From the human T2T-CHM13v2.0 reference genome, Homo sapiens, in NCBI RefSeq assembly GCF_009914755.1, contig NC_060938.1: a stretch of 64,000 bases of DNA, one strand, 5' to 3'. Position numbers and translations under genes: made by a program. The notes beneath the pieces were generated by a model. It saw only the letters and a list, made by a program, of their open reading frames with translations, was not told the origin of the DNA and searched no databases. Every line of letters begins with the position of its first letter. Position 1 is the first letter of the stretch. Of this stretch, positions 41,583-55,754 are shown in pieces.

Positions 41583-42110
41583 CATGCTGCTATAAAGACA
41601 CATGCACACGTATGTTTATCGCGGCACTATTCACAATAGCAAAGACTTGGAACCAACCCAAATGTCCAACAATGATAGACTGGATTAAGAAAATGTGGCA
41701 CATACACACCATGGAATACTATGCAGCCATAAAAAATGATGAGTTCGTGTCCTTTGTAGGGACATGGATGAAGCTGGAAACCATCATTCTCAGCAAACTA
41801 TCACAAGGACAAAAAACCAAACACCGCATGTTCTCACTCATAGGTAGGAATTGAACAATGAGAACACATGGACACAGGAAGGGGAACATCACACACCAGG
41901 GACTGTTGTGGGGTGGGGGGAGGGGGAAGGGATAGCATTAGGAGATATACCTAATGCTAAATGATGAGTTAATGGGCGCAGCACACCAACATGGCACATG
42001 TATACATATGTAACTAACCTGCACGTTGTGCACATGTACCCTAAAACTTATAGTATAATAATAATTTTAAAAAAAAAGAAAATTGGGATAAGTATCTAAA
42101 AAAAAAAAAA
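41583..42110 (+). mobile_element. 5'-truncated L1PA4/5-like element with two A-tracts, a 44-nt 5' filler and an 11-bp TSD
   Basis: ORF2 C-terminus ([11 protein letters not shown]...) plus 3'UTR; TSD agccaccttgt at 41528-41538 and 42111-42121. Confidence 0.95.
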
Positions 42111-42279
42111 AGCCACCTTGTTCCTAGGGTCAGTGAATTTAGTGCCTTTGATTGCAAAAACTAATTCCCTCTATTTTTAAGCATATATATATATATATGG
42201 GCATACATATATGTGTATATATAGTGTATAATACACTATATATATAGTATATGAGGTAATTAGTGCATAAGGTATATAC

Positions 42280-42332
42280 ACTAATGTTTTTGCAAAGCCT
42301 ATACGTATGACAGGCTTTGCAAAAACATTAGT
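42280..42332. repeat. Perfect inverted repeat, 21-bp arms with an 11-nt loop
   Basis: actaatgtttttgcaaagcct (42280-42300) and aggctttgcaaaaacattagt (42312-42332). Confidence 0.97.
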
Positions 42333-42749
42333 CAGTGTGTGGTAGTGGATACATATGAGGACATCTTTGTACGTCATTTCTTCTCAGCTACTAAAAATAA
42401 TATTGTATGATAGGGAATGCCAAAGTCACTGTGATATAGTTCAAAAGAACATCTATTCTCTTTCCTCTACGAAAATCTCAAATAGATGGAAGCAATCCAA
42501 GGCAGTTTTTAGTTCATTCCAACTCTCCGACCCAGCAAAACCTCCAAAGATAAACACTGCAATTGACAATGACAAAATTTGATATTAGCAAAAAAAGTCC
42601 AAAGTAGCTACCTCCACTACTACCCAAAGGGGATTCAGTGATAATTTGCCTAGGTTACTGCAGGTAGATCAGTATCTTGGAGACATTTTCATCTCCTACA
42701 AAGGGAGTGATTCCCACTTTTCTCCATGACTCAAATGTGCTCACTAAAT

Positions 42750-43347
42750 GTGGACACACTTTAAAGTTGCCCCATAATCCTGCCTCCTGGATTTCTTGCC
42801 CTTGTGAGATCTCCTCTCCTTGTGTGTGGGTGGGACCTGTGACTTTCTTCCTTTTTTTTTTTTCTTTTATTCCCTAGTACGTGCTTCTAACCAACAGAAG
42901 ATAGCAAAGGAGATGGGATCCCATAACTAAGATTACATTATGTCTAATTACATCTTGCTAAGAGATTTGCTATAGAGGGTTGCTTCTTCCTCCTTTGCTG
43001 GCTTTGAAGATGCAAACTGCCATGTTAAAAGAGGCTTTGTAAAGATGATTGCATGGCAAGGGACTAAGGGCAACCTCTAGGAGCTGTAGTCAGCCTCTGA
43101 ACCATAGCCATCAAGATGCTCAGGCCTTCAGTCTCCCAGCTGCAAGAAAATGAAATTTGTCAGTTAACTGAGTAAGATTGGAAGCTGTTACATTGCCCAG
43201 GCCAACACCTTGACTGTATCATTTCAAAAGATCCAGCTAAGTCTTGCCTGCACTACTAACCCACAGAAACTGTGAGATGATAAATGCATGCTGTTTTAAG
43301 CCACTAAATTTGGGATAATTTGTTACACAGCAATAGAAAACAAATAT
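42750..43347 (+). mobile_element. MaLR LTR (MLT1E/F-like)
   Basis: gtgggtgggacctgtgactt...acccacagaaactgtgagatgataaatg...aagccactaaatttggg...ttacacagcaatagaaaac. Confidence 0.85.
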
Positions 43348-44837
43348 ACTAACCAAACCTAGAAAAGTAGGACTTCTGGTTGTAGAGAATGCCAAACCAA
43401 CATAGTCAGACCAGCAATTCATTGTTTTTCACATCATGTTTCCTATTCCTCGGAATCTTACTGACTCTTGGGTTGGTGGGTTAATCTAGTGTGCACATTT
43501 TATGATTTACTTTTGTCACTTTATTCCTTCCCAGAGACACTGCGACTCTTTCCAGCTAATGGGAAACCATTTCATGCAATGAATCAAAATTTATTAAACT
43601 GTGTCCAAATGGCCTGATAGAATTTATGCACCACCAAAGTGAACCAATTTATTCCTCGTTCAGACACATCATTTTCGTTGTCCCTACATCCATTAATAGA
43701 GCATCCTTCGCTGATGTTTCATTTGCTCTAAACTGGATCATCCCCTCATGATGGTTTATGATGAGAGAGAATTCTCAGAAAAGAATACCACAGATGACTT
43801 CTTATAAATTTTTTGCCTGTCTTTTTCAGGTTGTTTTTTTAAATATACAGCTATAGAACCATTAACAATAGTTTCATTACAGATGTAGAGAAATGACACA
43901 TGGTTGGCATTTGTAGTACATGTCCCTTTTATTCAAAGTGCCTTTATAGGTGATAAATGAGGTTGACTTTTAGGCTCAAAAAAATTGGAGGTAGAGATAG
44001 AAAAATATATGAATATATTGTCTCTTACTCTGCAAGTAAAATAGCATATGTGTGACTTTCAAGTTAGAAGGACAAATATGGAGCCAAGGACAGTGGGGGC
44101 AGGAGATGGGGGGATGGAAATAAACATTTGTGGAAAGTAAAATGTTGATAGCCTGTGCAGTTTGAATCTATGCAATTTCTTATATAAGAAAAGAAGACTA
44201 AAGTAAAATTTACAACAAATCAATACATCTGCTTAATTGATCTATGACTGAAATTTACTTTCCACATTAGTAAAGAGTCAGAGCAGTTCATTTCATTAAC
44301 ATAACTATATCTCAGTGCTCACTGAAGAGCTAACAAAACCAGAAACCCAAGGACATGTAATAAAGCAGCAAGGTTTCAGAAAACATCAGCTGCAAATACA
44401 TCAACACCTGCATGTTCCAGAGTAACTGGGAGGGGGAAATTTAGCTTACAAAATAGACACTAGGAAAACACCATAAAAGATCGAGTTATAGTGTCTTAAA
44501 TAATAGAGATCAAAGTTAGATCCCTTCAGAAAGCTGGATTCATACAGAAAAGCTCTAATGGTGAGAAAGTGGCAGTTCAGGAAAGGATTTGGGAGCACTA
44601 TATTGTTGGGAGGGAGGTTAAAAACTTGTCTTCAGATGTGCTTGCCTAGACTGTAGACTTTATATAAAAACTTTAAAACATGAATTATCCATTTTAAAAA
44701 ATAGGATGCTGGGCAGGAGGTTGATAGCTAAAGTCACCTTTTAGCACTACCACTGCAGAGAAAAGAAAAATAATTTTACCTAGGATGCCCAGGTTTTAGG
44801 AGCATAATAAGATGAGAGGAACTGCTGAGTAAGTAGC

Positions 44838-45275
44838 TGTCTTGGTCTGTTTTGTGTTGCTATAACAGAATTCCTAGGACTGGGTAATTTATAAAGAAAA
44901 GTTGATTTAGCTCACTGTCCTGCAGGATGGGATGTTCAGGGGCATGGCCCTGGCTTCTGGCAAGGGCTTTTGTGCTGCATCATATCATGGTGGAGAAAAT
45001 CAAAGGGGAAATAGGCATGTAAAAAGAGGCAAAGTCTGCGGGGCGTCCTGGCTTTATAACAACCCATTTTTGTGGGAATTAATCGACTCTTGCAAGAACT
45101 AATCCAGTCTCCCAAGAGCAAGAACTCACTTACTACCTCAAGAGCCACACCAAGCCATTCATGAGGGATGCCTCCCATGACCCACACTTCTCACTTGGCC
45201 CTACTTCTTAACACGGCCACGTTGGGGATCAAATTTCAATGTGAGTTGTGGTGGGGACAAACTAAAACCATAGCA
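44838..45275 (-). mobile_element. MST-family MaLR solo LTR
   Basis: TG...CA termini; tgttgctataacagaa...gggtaatttataaag; near-identical 5-bp TSD gtagc/gtaga. Confidence 0.88.
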
Positions 45276-45793
45276 GTAGACTTACATCTACTAGATGATG
45301 GCAAAAATCCCCAACATGTATGGTTTGTTTTATGTAACCTCACTTCCCTCAGCTTTCCTTAGGATAGAACCATGCCTTGATTACAGCACCTGCACTTTGA
45401 GAACACTGCAGCCTTTGGTACACTGAGGGATTACTCTTTCCAATTTTCAAATTTACCGTGGGAGTTTATAATTTAACTTGTTCTCAAAGCTTTAAGCACC
45501 TCCTCTCCTATCCCTTCATTAAACAGAAACTGACAAAAGATATGGGCACTTTCTCTCTTAGCCCTTCCCTGAATTCTGGCATAGAAATACAAAGTTTTAA
45601 ATAATGTACTACCATCATTAAATGTGCTTAGGAAAAGTAAAAATAAGTTATGAAGATAAAGATAAATATCAATCTGCCCCACCATAAAAGATTTATTGTT
45701 AAGTAATAAAAATTTTAATTTTTGTTTGTAGAAGCCCCTACAACCAAGTTCTAAAATAAAATAACCATAACAATAGTAATAATAAAAACTCAA

Positions 45794-46120
<327 letters not shown>

Positions 46121-46353
46121 AATTACGGAATTCCAAAACATATTGTGTTTGCTGCAATTGCAGCCCTGCCTGTGGTGAGCATGTAGGCTTTGGAAGCAGG
46201 AGTAAGTATTACCGATGAAGTTGTGCTCTGCTACTTCTAAGCCATGGTCTAGGCAAGTCACTTTCTCCTCCTTATCTATAAAATGTTGATCATACCCACT
46301 TGTTTTTCTGAGATTAGCAACAGAGCATATAAAACATTTACAAATGACAAACA

Positions 46354-46830
<477 letters not shown>

Positions 46831-47949
46831 CAAAGCAGCAATAATAAAATCAATAATAACTGACTTTTATTGAGCACTTTCTTTATGTAGGGTACTGATA
46901 AGCATCTTGCTTGAATTATTTCATTTCATTTTTAAAACAACCCCATGAAGTAGGTACTGCCAGAATCACCACTATGCTATATCATACTACTCCTCATGAA
47001 GCGCCTGGAAAAATACAGTAGCTCAATAGAGGGTAGTTATTATTATTATCCCCATTTGTACTAATATGTCTTCAAGCACGAAGCAAAGAAATAATCCTGA
47101 GCAATACAATTGACATTAGAAATAAACTTACTTTGTAGAATAATGTTTTCTCAGCATGTTGGAACACAGGCAAACTCCTGCCCACATCTTATCCAGCCTC
47201 CCTCTGTTACAGCCATCTCTGCAACTAGGCAGACTTTCATTTGTAGTTTCATTTAAAAAAAAAAAAGTATGGCTTTTGGCCTGGGCTGTTTTCTGTGGCT
47301 CTTTGGAAAATGAAATCTCCCTACTTCTGTTCAGTGTATTGAACTTTCTAACCATAGCATCAATACCTCACACTCTTCCCCATCTCCATCTTTTGTATTA
47401 AAAATTAGGGAGAGACTGTGAGAAGCTGCTGCAATGGAGACAAATGATGAATAAAATGAAAAATTCTTTGCTTGGTTCACCGAGAAAATTCCATTTTTAA
47501 CGTTTAGCCTTGTGTACTACATCCACTGGCGAGCTAAAATATACCGTGAAGGGTAGATTTCAGGAATATGGTTTCCTGTTCCACATTGAAAACAATCTGA
47601 AGCAGAGGAGGGGTGGGGACAGGCTGCCTGGTCAGGGTGATAATGCAGCAGTGAATGCAAGAGATGGCCTCTAGGGCAATAATCCAATGTCATTCAGGGC
47701 AGACCACCCCACAGTCTGGTGCTGAGGGGAGACAGCAGAGCACCTCTGATGCAAAAGAAGATTGAGATATTGGAAGATGAGCAATGTTTACCTCTCCCAG
47801 GGAAGAGAAGGAAGTGTATAATCCAAATGTAAGACAGACTTCTGACCTAAGAATGGATAACTATACAATTCTTTTGCAGCAAAATTGCTAAATTAGCTTA
47901 AGCTAATTTTAGAATTAGAGTACTTTTTTAAATTTTCCTGTTGGGATCT

Positions 47950-50900
47950 TTCATTTTGTTATTATACTTTAAGTTCTGGGATACATGTGCAGAACATTCA
48001 GGTTACATAGGTATATATGTGCCATAGTGGTTAGCTGCACCCGTCAACCCATAAACTACATTAGGTATTTCTCCTAATGCTATCCCTCCCCTAGCTCCCC
48101 AACCCCTGACAGGTGATGTTCCCCTCCCTGTGTCCATTTGTTCATAAGTTCACCTCCCACTAATGAGTGAGAACATGCAGTGTTTGGTTTTCTGTTCCTG
48201 TATTCGTTTGATGAGAATGATGCTTTCTAACTTCGTGTTCCTGCAAATGACATGAACTCATCCTTTTTTATGGCTGCATAGTATTCGATGGTGTATATGT
48301 GCCACATTTTCTTTATCCAGTCTATCATTGATGAGCAGTTGGGTTGGTTCCAAGACTTTGCTATTATGAACAGTGCTGCAATAAACATACGTGTGCATGT
48401 AGCTTTATAGTAGAAAAATTTATAGTCGTTTGGGTATATACCCAGTAATGGGATTGCTGGGTCAAATGGTATTTCCGGTTCTAGATCCTTGAGGAATTGC
48501 CACACTGTCTTCCACAATGGTTGAACTAATTTACACTCCCACCAACAGTGTAAAAGCATTCCTATTTCTCCACATTCTCTCCAGCATCTGTTGTTCCCTG
48601 ACATTTTAATGATCACCATTCTAACTGGCATAAGATGGCATCTCATTGTGGTTTTGATTTACATTTCTCTAATGACAAGTGATGATGAGCTTTTTTGCAT
48701 ATGTTTCTTGGCCACATAAATGTCTTCTTTTGAGAAGTGTCTGTTCATATCCTTTGCCCACTTGTTCATGGGGTTGTTTTTTTCTTGTAAATTTGTTTAA
48801 CTTCTTTGTAGATTCTGGATATTAGACCTTTGTCAGACGGATAGATTGTAGAAGTTTTCTCCCATTCTGTAGGTTGCCTGTTCACTCTGATGATAGTTTA
48901 TTTTGCTGTGCAGAAACTCTTTAGTTTACTTAGATCCCATTTATCAATTTTGGCTTTTGTTGCCATTGCTTTTAGTGTTTTAGACATGAAGTCTTTGCCC
49001 ATGCCTATGTCCTGAATGGTATTGCCTAGGTTTTCTTGTACAGTTTTTATGGATTAGGTCTTAAGTTTAAGTCTTTAATGCATCTTGAGTTAGTTTTTGT
49101 ATAAGGTGTAAGGAAGGTGTCCAGTTTCAGTTTTCTGCATATAGCTAGCCATTTTTCCTAGCACCATTTATTAAATAGGGAATCCTTTTCCCATTTCTTG
49201 TTTTTGTCAGGTTTGTCAAAGATCAGATGGTTGTAGATGTGTGCCGTTATTTCTGAGGCCTGTTCTGTTCCATTGGTCTATATATCTGTCTTGGTACCAG
49301 TACCATGTCGTTTTGGTTACTGTAGCTTCAAAGTATAGTTTGAAGTCAAGTAGCATGATGCCTCCAGCTTTGTTCTTTCTGCTTAGGATTGTCTTGGCTA
49401 TAAGGGCTCTTTTTTGGTTCCATATGAAATATAAAGTAGTTTTTTCTGATTCAGTGAGGAAACTCAGTGGTAGCTTGATGGGAATAGCATTGAATCTATA
49501 AATTATTTTGGGCAGTATGGCCGTTTTCATGATATTGATTCTTCCTTTCCATGAGCATGATAAGTTTTTTCCCTTTTGTTTGTGTCCTCTCTTATATCCT
49601 TGAGCAGTGGTATGTAGTTCTCCTTGAAGAGGTCCTTCACATCCCTTGTAAGTTGGACTCCTAGGTATTTTATTCTCTTTGTAGCAACTGTGAATGGGAA
49701 TTCACTCATGATTTGGCCCTCTATTTTTCTATTATTGGTGTACAGGAATGCCTGTGATTTTTACACATTGATTTTTGTATCCTGAGACTTTGCTGATGTT
49801 GCTTATCAGCTTAAGGAGATTTGGGGCTAAGACGATGGGGTTTTCTAAATATACGATCATGTCATCTGCAAACAGAGACAATTTGACTTCCTCTTTTCCT
49901 AATTGAATACTCTTTGTTTCTTTCTCTTTTCTGATTGCCCTGGCCAGAACTTCCAATACTATGTTGAATAGGAGTGGTGAGAGAGGGCATCCTTGTCTTG
50001 TGCCAGTTTTCAAAGGGAATGCTTCCAGCTTTTGCCCATTCAGTATGATATTGGCTGTGGGTTTGTCATAAATAGCTCTTATTACTTTGAGATATGTTCC
50101 ATCAATACCTAGTTTATTGAGAGTTTTTAGAATGAAGGGGTGTTGAATTTTATCAAAAGCCTTTTCTGCACCTATTGAGATAATTTTGTGGTTTTTGTCA
50201 TTGGTTCTGTTTATATGATGGATTACATTAATTTGATTTGCGTATTTGAACAAGCCTTGCATCCCAGGATGAAGCTGACTTGATCGTGGTGGATGAGGTT
50301 TTGATGTGCTGCTGGATTCGGTTTGCCATTATTTTATTGAGGATTTTTGCATCAATGTTGATCAGGGCTATTAGCCCGGAATTTTGCTTTTTGTTGTTGT
50401 TGTTGTTGCTGTATCTCTGCCAGGTTTTTGGAATCAGGATGATGCTGGCCTCACAAAATGAGTCAGGGAGGAGTCCCTCTTTTTCTATTGTTTGGGATAG
50501 TTTCAGAAGAAATGGCACCAACTCCTCTTTATACCTCTGGTAGAATTTGACTGTGAATCCATCTAGTCCTGGGCTTTTTTTGGTAGGCTGTTAATTACTG
50601 CCTCAATTTTGGAACCTGTTATTGGTGTATTCAGGGATTCAACTTCTTCCTGGTTTAATCTTGGGAGGGTGTATGTGTTCAGGAATTCATCCATTTCTTC
50701 TAGATTTTCTAGTTTATTTGTGTAGAGGTGTTTACAGTATTCTCTGATGATAGTTTGTATCTCTGTGGGATCAGTGGTGATATCCTCTTTATCATTTTTA
50801 TTGTGTCTATTTGACTCTTCTTCCTTTTCTTTTTTATTAGTCTGGCTAGCAGTCTATTTTGTTAATCTTTTCAAAAAACCAGCTCCTGGATTCATTGATT

Positions 50901-53900
50901 TTTTGAAGGGTTTTTCATGTTTCTATCTCCTTCAGTTCTGCTCTGATCATAGTTATTTCTTCTCTTCTGCGCCATTTAGTGCTATAATTTTCCCTGTAAA
51001 CACTGCTTTAGCTATGTCCCAGAGACTCTGGTATGTTGTCTTTGTTCTCATTGGTTTCAAAGAACTTATTCATTTCTGCCCTAATTTTGTTATTTACCCA
51101 GTAGTCATTCAGGAACAGATTGTTCAGTTTCCATGTAGTTGTGTGGTTTTGATTAAGTTTCTTAATCCTGATTTCTAACTTGATTGCACTGTGGTCTGAA
51201 AGACTGTTTGTTATGATTTCCATTCTTTTGCATTTGCTGAGGAGTGTTTTATTTCCAATTATGTGGTCAATTTTAGAATAAGTGCAATGTGGTGCTGAGA
51301 AGAATGTATATTCTGTTGGCATGGGGTGGAGAGTTCTGTGGGTGTCTATTAGGTCTCCTTGGTCCAGAGCCGAGTTCAAGTCCTCAATATCCTTTTTAAT
51401 TTTCTGTCTTGTTGATCTGTCTAATACTGACAGTGGGGTGTTAAAGTCTCCCACTATTATTGTTTGAGAGTGTAAGTCTCTTTGTAGGTCTCTAAGAACT
51501 TGCTTTATGAATCTAGGTGCTCCTGTATAGGGTGTGTATATATTTAGGATAGTTAGCTCTTCTTGTTACATTGATCCCTTTACCACTATGTAATGCCCTT
51601 TTTCATCTTTTTTGATCTTTCTTGGTTTAAAATCTGTTTTATCAGAGACTAGGATTGTAACCCCTGCCTTTTTTTTTTTTTTTTTTTTTTTGCTTTCCAT
51701 TGGCTTGGTAAATATTTCTCCATCCCTTTATTTTAAGCCTATGTGTGTGTTCGCACATGAGATGGGTCTCCTAAATACAGCACACCGATGGATATTGACT
51801 CTTTATCCAATCTGCCAGTCTGTATCTTTTAATTGGGGCATTTAGCCCATTTACATTTAAGGTTAATATTGTTATGTGTGAATTTGATCCTGTCATTATG
51901 ATGCTAGCTGGTTATTTTGCCCATTAGTTGATGCAATTTCTTCATAGTGTCGATGGTCTTTACAATTTGGTATGTTTTTGCAGTGGCTGGTACCAGTTTT
52001 TCCTTTCCAATTTAGTGCTTCCTTCAGGACCTCTTGTAAGGCAGGCCTGGTGGTGACAAAATCTGTCAGCATTTGCTTGTCTGTAAAAGATTTTATTTCT
52101 CCTTCACTCATGGAGCTTAGTTTGGCTGGATATAAAATTCTGGATTGAAAATTCTTTTCTTTAAGAATGTTGATTGTTGGCCCCCACTCTCTTCTGGCTT
52201 GCAGGGTTTCTGTGAGAGATCTGCTGTTAGTCTGATGGGCTTCCCTTTGTGGGTAACCCGACCTTTCTTTCTGGCTGCCCTTAACATACTTTTCTTCATT
52301 TCAACTTTGGTGAATCTGATGAATATGTGTTTTGGGGTTGCTTTTCTTGAGGAATATGTTTGTGGTGTTCTCTGTATTTCCTGATTTTGAATGTTGGCCT
52401 GTCTTGCTAGGTTGGGGAAGTTCTCCTGGATAACATAATGAAGAGTGTTTTCCAACTTGGTTCCATTCTCCCCGTCACTTTCAGGCACACCAATCAAACG
52501 TAGGTTTAGTCTTTTCACATAGTCCCATATTTCTTAGAGGCTTTGTTCGTTCGTTTTCATTCTTTTTTCTCTAATCTTGTCTTCATGCTTTATTTCACTA
52601 AGTTGATCTTCAATCTCTGATATCCTTTCTTCTGCTTTATCGATTCGGGTATTGATACTTTTGTATGCTTCACGAAGTTTTCGTGCTGTGTTTTCAGCTC
52701 CATCAGGTCACTTACGTTCTTCTCTAAACTGGTTATCCTAGTTAGCAATTCCTCTAACCTGTTTTCAAGGTTCTTAGCTTCCTTGCATTGGGTTAGCACA
52801 TGCTCCTTTAGCTCGGAGGAGTTTGTTATTACCCACCTTCTGAAGCCTACTTCTATCAATTTGTCAAACTCATTCTCCATCCAGTTTTGTTCCCTTGCTG
52901 GTGAGGAGTTGTGATCCTTTGGAGGAGAAGAGGCATTCTGGTTTTTGGAATTTTCAGCCTTTATGCACTGGTTTTTCCTCATCTTCGTGGATTTATCTAC
53001 CTTTGGTCTTTGATGTTTTTGACCTTTGGATGGGGTTTTTGTATGAACATTTTTTTTGTTGATGTTGATGCTATTCCTTTCTGTTTGTTAGTTTTCCTTC
53101 CAACAGTCAGGCCCCTCTGCTGCAGGTCTGCTGAATTTTGCTGGAGGTCCACTCCAGACTCTGTTTGCCTGGGTATCACCAGTGGAGGCTGCAGAAGAGC
53201 AAAGATGGCTGCCTATTCCTTCTTTTGGAAGCTTCATCCCAGAGGGGCACCCGCCAGATCCCAGCCAGAGCTTTCCTGTGTGAGGTGTCTGCCAACCCCT
53301 GCAGGAAGGTCTCCCATTGAGGAGGCACAGGGGTCAGGGACCCACTTGAGGAGGCAGTCTGTCCCTTAGCAGAACTTGAGTGCTGTGCTGGGAGATCTGC
53401 TTCTCTCTTCAGAGCCAGCAGGCAGGAACATTTAAGTCTGCTGAAGACTGCACCCACAGCACCCCTTCCCACTGGTGCTCTGTCCCAGGGAGATAGGAGT
53501 TTTACCTATAAGTCCCTACTGGGGCTGCTACCTTTCTTTCAGAGATATCCTGCCCAGAAAGGAGGAATCTGGAGAGGCAGTCTTGCTACAGCAGCTTTGC
53601 GGAGCTGTGGTGGGCTCCACCTAGTTCAAACTTCCTGGTGGCTTTGTTTACACTGTGAGGGGAAAATTGCCCATTCAAGCCTCAGTAATGGCAGATGCCC
53701 CCCACCACCCCCCCCCCCCACCCCACCAAGCTCGAGCATCCCAGGTTGACTTCAGACTGCTGTGCTGGCAGTGAGAATTTCAAGTCAGTGGATCTTAGCT
53801 CGCTGGGCTCCATGGGGATGGGATTCACTGAGCTAGATCACTTGACTTCCTGACTTCAGCCCCCTTTCCAAGGGAATGAATGGTTCTGTCTCGCTGGCAT

Positions 53901-54336
53901 TCCAGGCACCACTGGGGTATGAAGAAAAAACTCCTGCAGCTAGCTCAGTGTCTGCCCAAAGGGCCGCCCAGTTTTGTGCTTGAAACCCAGGGCCCTGGTG
54001 GTATAGGCACCCAAGGGAATCTCCTGGTCTGCAGGTTGCGAAGACTGTGGGAAAAGCATAGTATCTGGGCCAGAGTGCACCATTCCTCAAGGCACAGTGC
54101 CTCACGGCTTCCCTTCACTAGGGGAGGGAGTTCCCCCGACCCTTTGCATTTCCCGGGTGAGGTGACGCCTCACCCTTCTTCGGCTCACCCTCTGTGGGCT
54201 GCACCCACTGTCTAACCAGTCCCAATGAGATGAGCTGGGTACCTCAGTTGGAAATGCAGAAATCACCTACCTTCTGTGTTGATCTTGCTGGGAGCTGCAG
54301 ACTGGAGCTGTTCCTATTCAGCCATCTTGCCAGCTA
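47950..54336 (-). mobile_element. Full-length L1PA7-like element, degraded
   Basis: 5' end (reverse complement) gctggcaagatggctgaataggaac; long 5'UTR; ORF1 about 52982-51960 and ORF2 about 51896-48150 broken by frameshifts; deletion of roughly 90 bp at 50970; 3'UTR ttaagttctgggatacatgtgcag. Confidence 0.96.
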
Positions 54337-55754
54337 CCTAGTACACATTTTTTAAGTACAGATGACAATTAGTGGCAAGAAAAGTTGTACTGAACAACTG
54401 AAGGACTTCGGACTTGGATTAACATCTGGCCACCTTAGTTGCCTTTCTATAATTAAAAAAAAAGTGATTTTATAATACAATGTACGTAAGAATCACCTGG
54501 GAAGTTTTTCAAATGCAAATATTTAAGCCCCACCCCTGATGATTCTGCTTCCATTGGCTTGGTGACCTCACTCTAGGTATTTCTGACAAAGTTTGTTTTT
54601 GGACCAGTGCTAAGATGTGCTACTATTAAGTGCATCCTGAGCTCTGGTTACAGCAAACCTGTGAGTTTCTAGATTGACTATGGAGGAAGCTTGCATCATA
54701 TATTCTCCTGGGCTTTTGTACCTGGCATTTATCCCAAGTCCTGTAGAGGAACCCACTGCAACTGCCTCCAAGATTCTTCACTCCTACATTCGATTTTCTC
54801 ACTTTTCCCTAGAAACCATTTTAGATTTTAATATATCATCTAATAATTATCCCCAGCCTGAAAATGAGGAGACAGACTCAAAGAGGGGTCATAGAATTTT
54901 CCCATGTTTTTATAAAAGATATGTAATAACAGGAGTCACATTCAAGGCCTATGGTATCTAATAAGAGCTAAAATTTATTGACCTCTTTTATATGCACCGT
55001 GTACTGAATATATTGTATTGACTATCGTGTTTAATTCTAGTAAATGTTAATGGAAAATGGGAGCCTAAAGGTTATTGAAAAGAAAAGATTTGGCAGTGTT
55101 TTATTAAGAGTCTTAATATGGCAAAAGAAAAAATTTTAAGTAAAAAGCAGTATGATTATTCCAGCCAAGTGTTGATGGAATTAGACCAACAGGAATCTCC
55201 CTTAGGTAGCTTAAGCCTTACTCGAGTTTACTGTATAACACATTAAGTTGCCATCAAACAACAGTAGCACCTACAGAAATGTAGTTTCTGCCCCTACCTC
55301 CATCCTCCCGCACTAGGCAGGCCTTTCCCAAGATCAGTAAGGAAGACAGGAAGGAAGGAAGAATTCAAGTTAAGGCTTGAGGGAGATAACTGGAGAATGA
55401 ATCAAAGGCACTCAGAAGTGAAATTTAGGAATTTTTGATGCTAGTCCTACATGATATTTTATAAAATTTATACATTGAAGATGATAACTAATGTGTTATT
55501 CTTTTAATAGTTACCTTTTTATCTTTTAAAATGTACAAGAAAATTGAACTGACCTCTCACAGGTTTTCTCAGAACTGTAGAGAAAATAATACATTAAAGC
55601 ATGTAGAAAAGTGCCTAGCAAGTCGTGAGTCTTCAGCCAAGATTAGCTGTTGTTATTTTCCATGATACCCTCGCACAGTGATGTTAACAGCTGTGCCTAG
55701 GCTACGTTAATAAAACTTCAGTGATCACACAATGACAGCTGCTGCAAAGGAAGG

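Noticed and set aside
41525-41854. 109-aa ORF running from the flank through the fold-back filler into the ORF2 C-terminus
   Set aside because: No promoter or splice evidence; an open frame across about 60 nt of junction is expected by chance.
42078-42097. The transduced tag gaaaattgggataagtatct resembles the 3' flank of the full-length L1 (gaattgggaaagtacc, 24831), suggesting a local parent-daughter pair
   Set aside because: The match needs indels and mismatches, and the 41.6-kb copy has older diagnostics (gaagctggaaacc, caccaacatgg, cacgttgtgc) than the supposed parent, so it is most likely coincidence.
47127-47235. Minus-strand donor AAA|gtaagt at 47131 as a further exon
   Set aside because: No convincing acceptor with an adjacent pyrimidine tract could be assigned.
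47915-47957. TSD and 3' transduction for the L1PA7-like element (agtactttttt versus agtacacatttttt at 54340)
   Set aside because: The similarity is short and needs an indel; too decayed to call.
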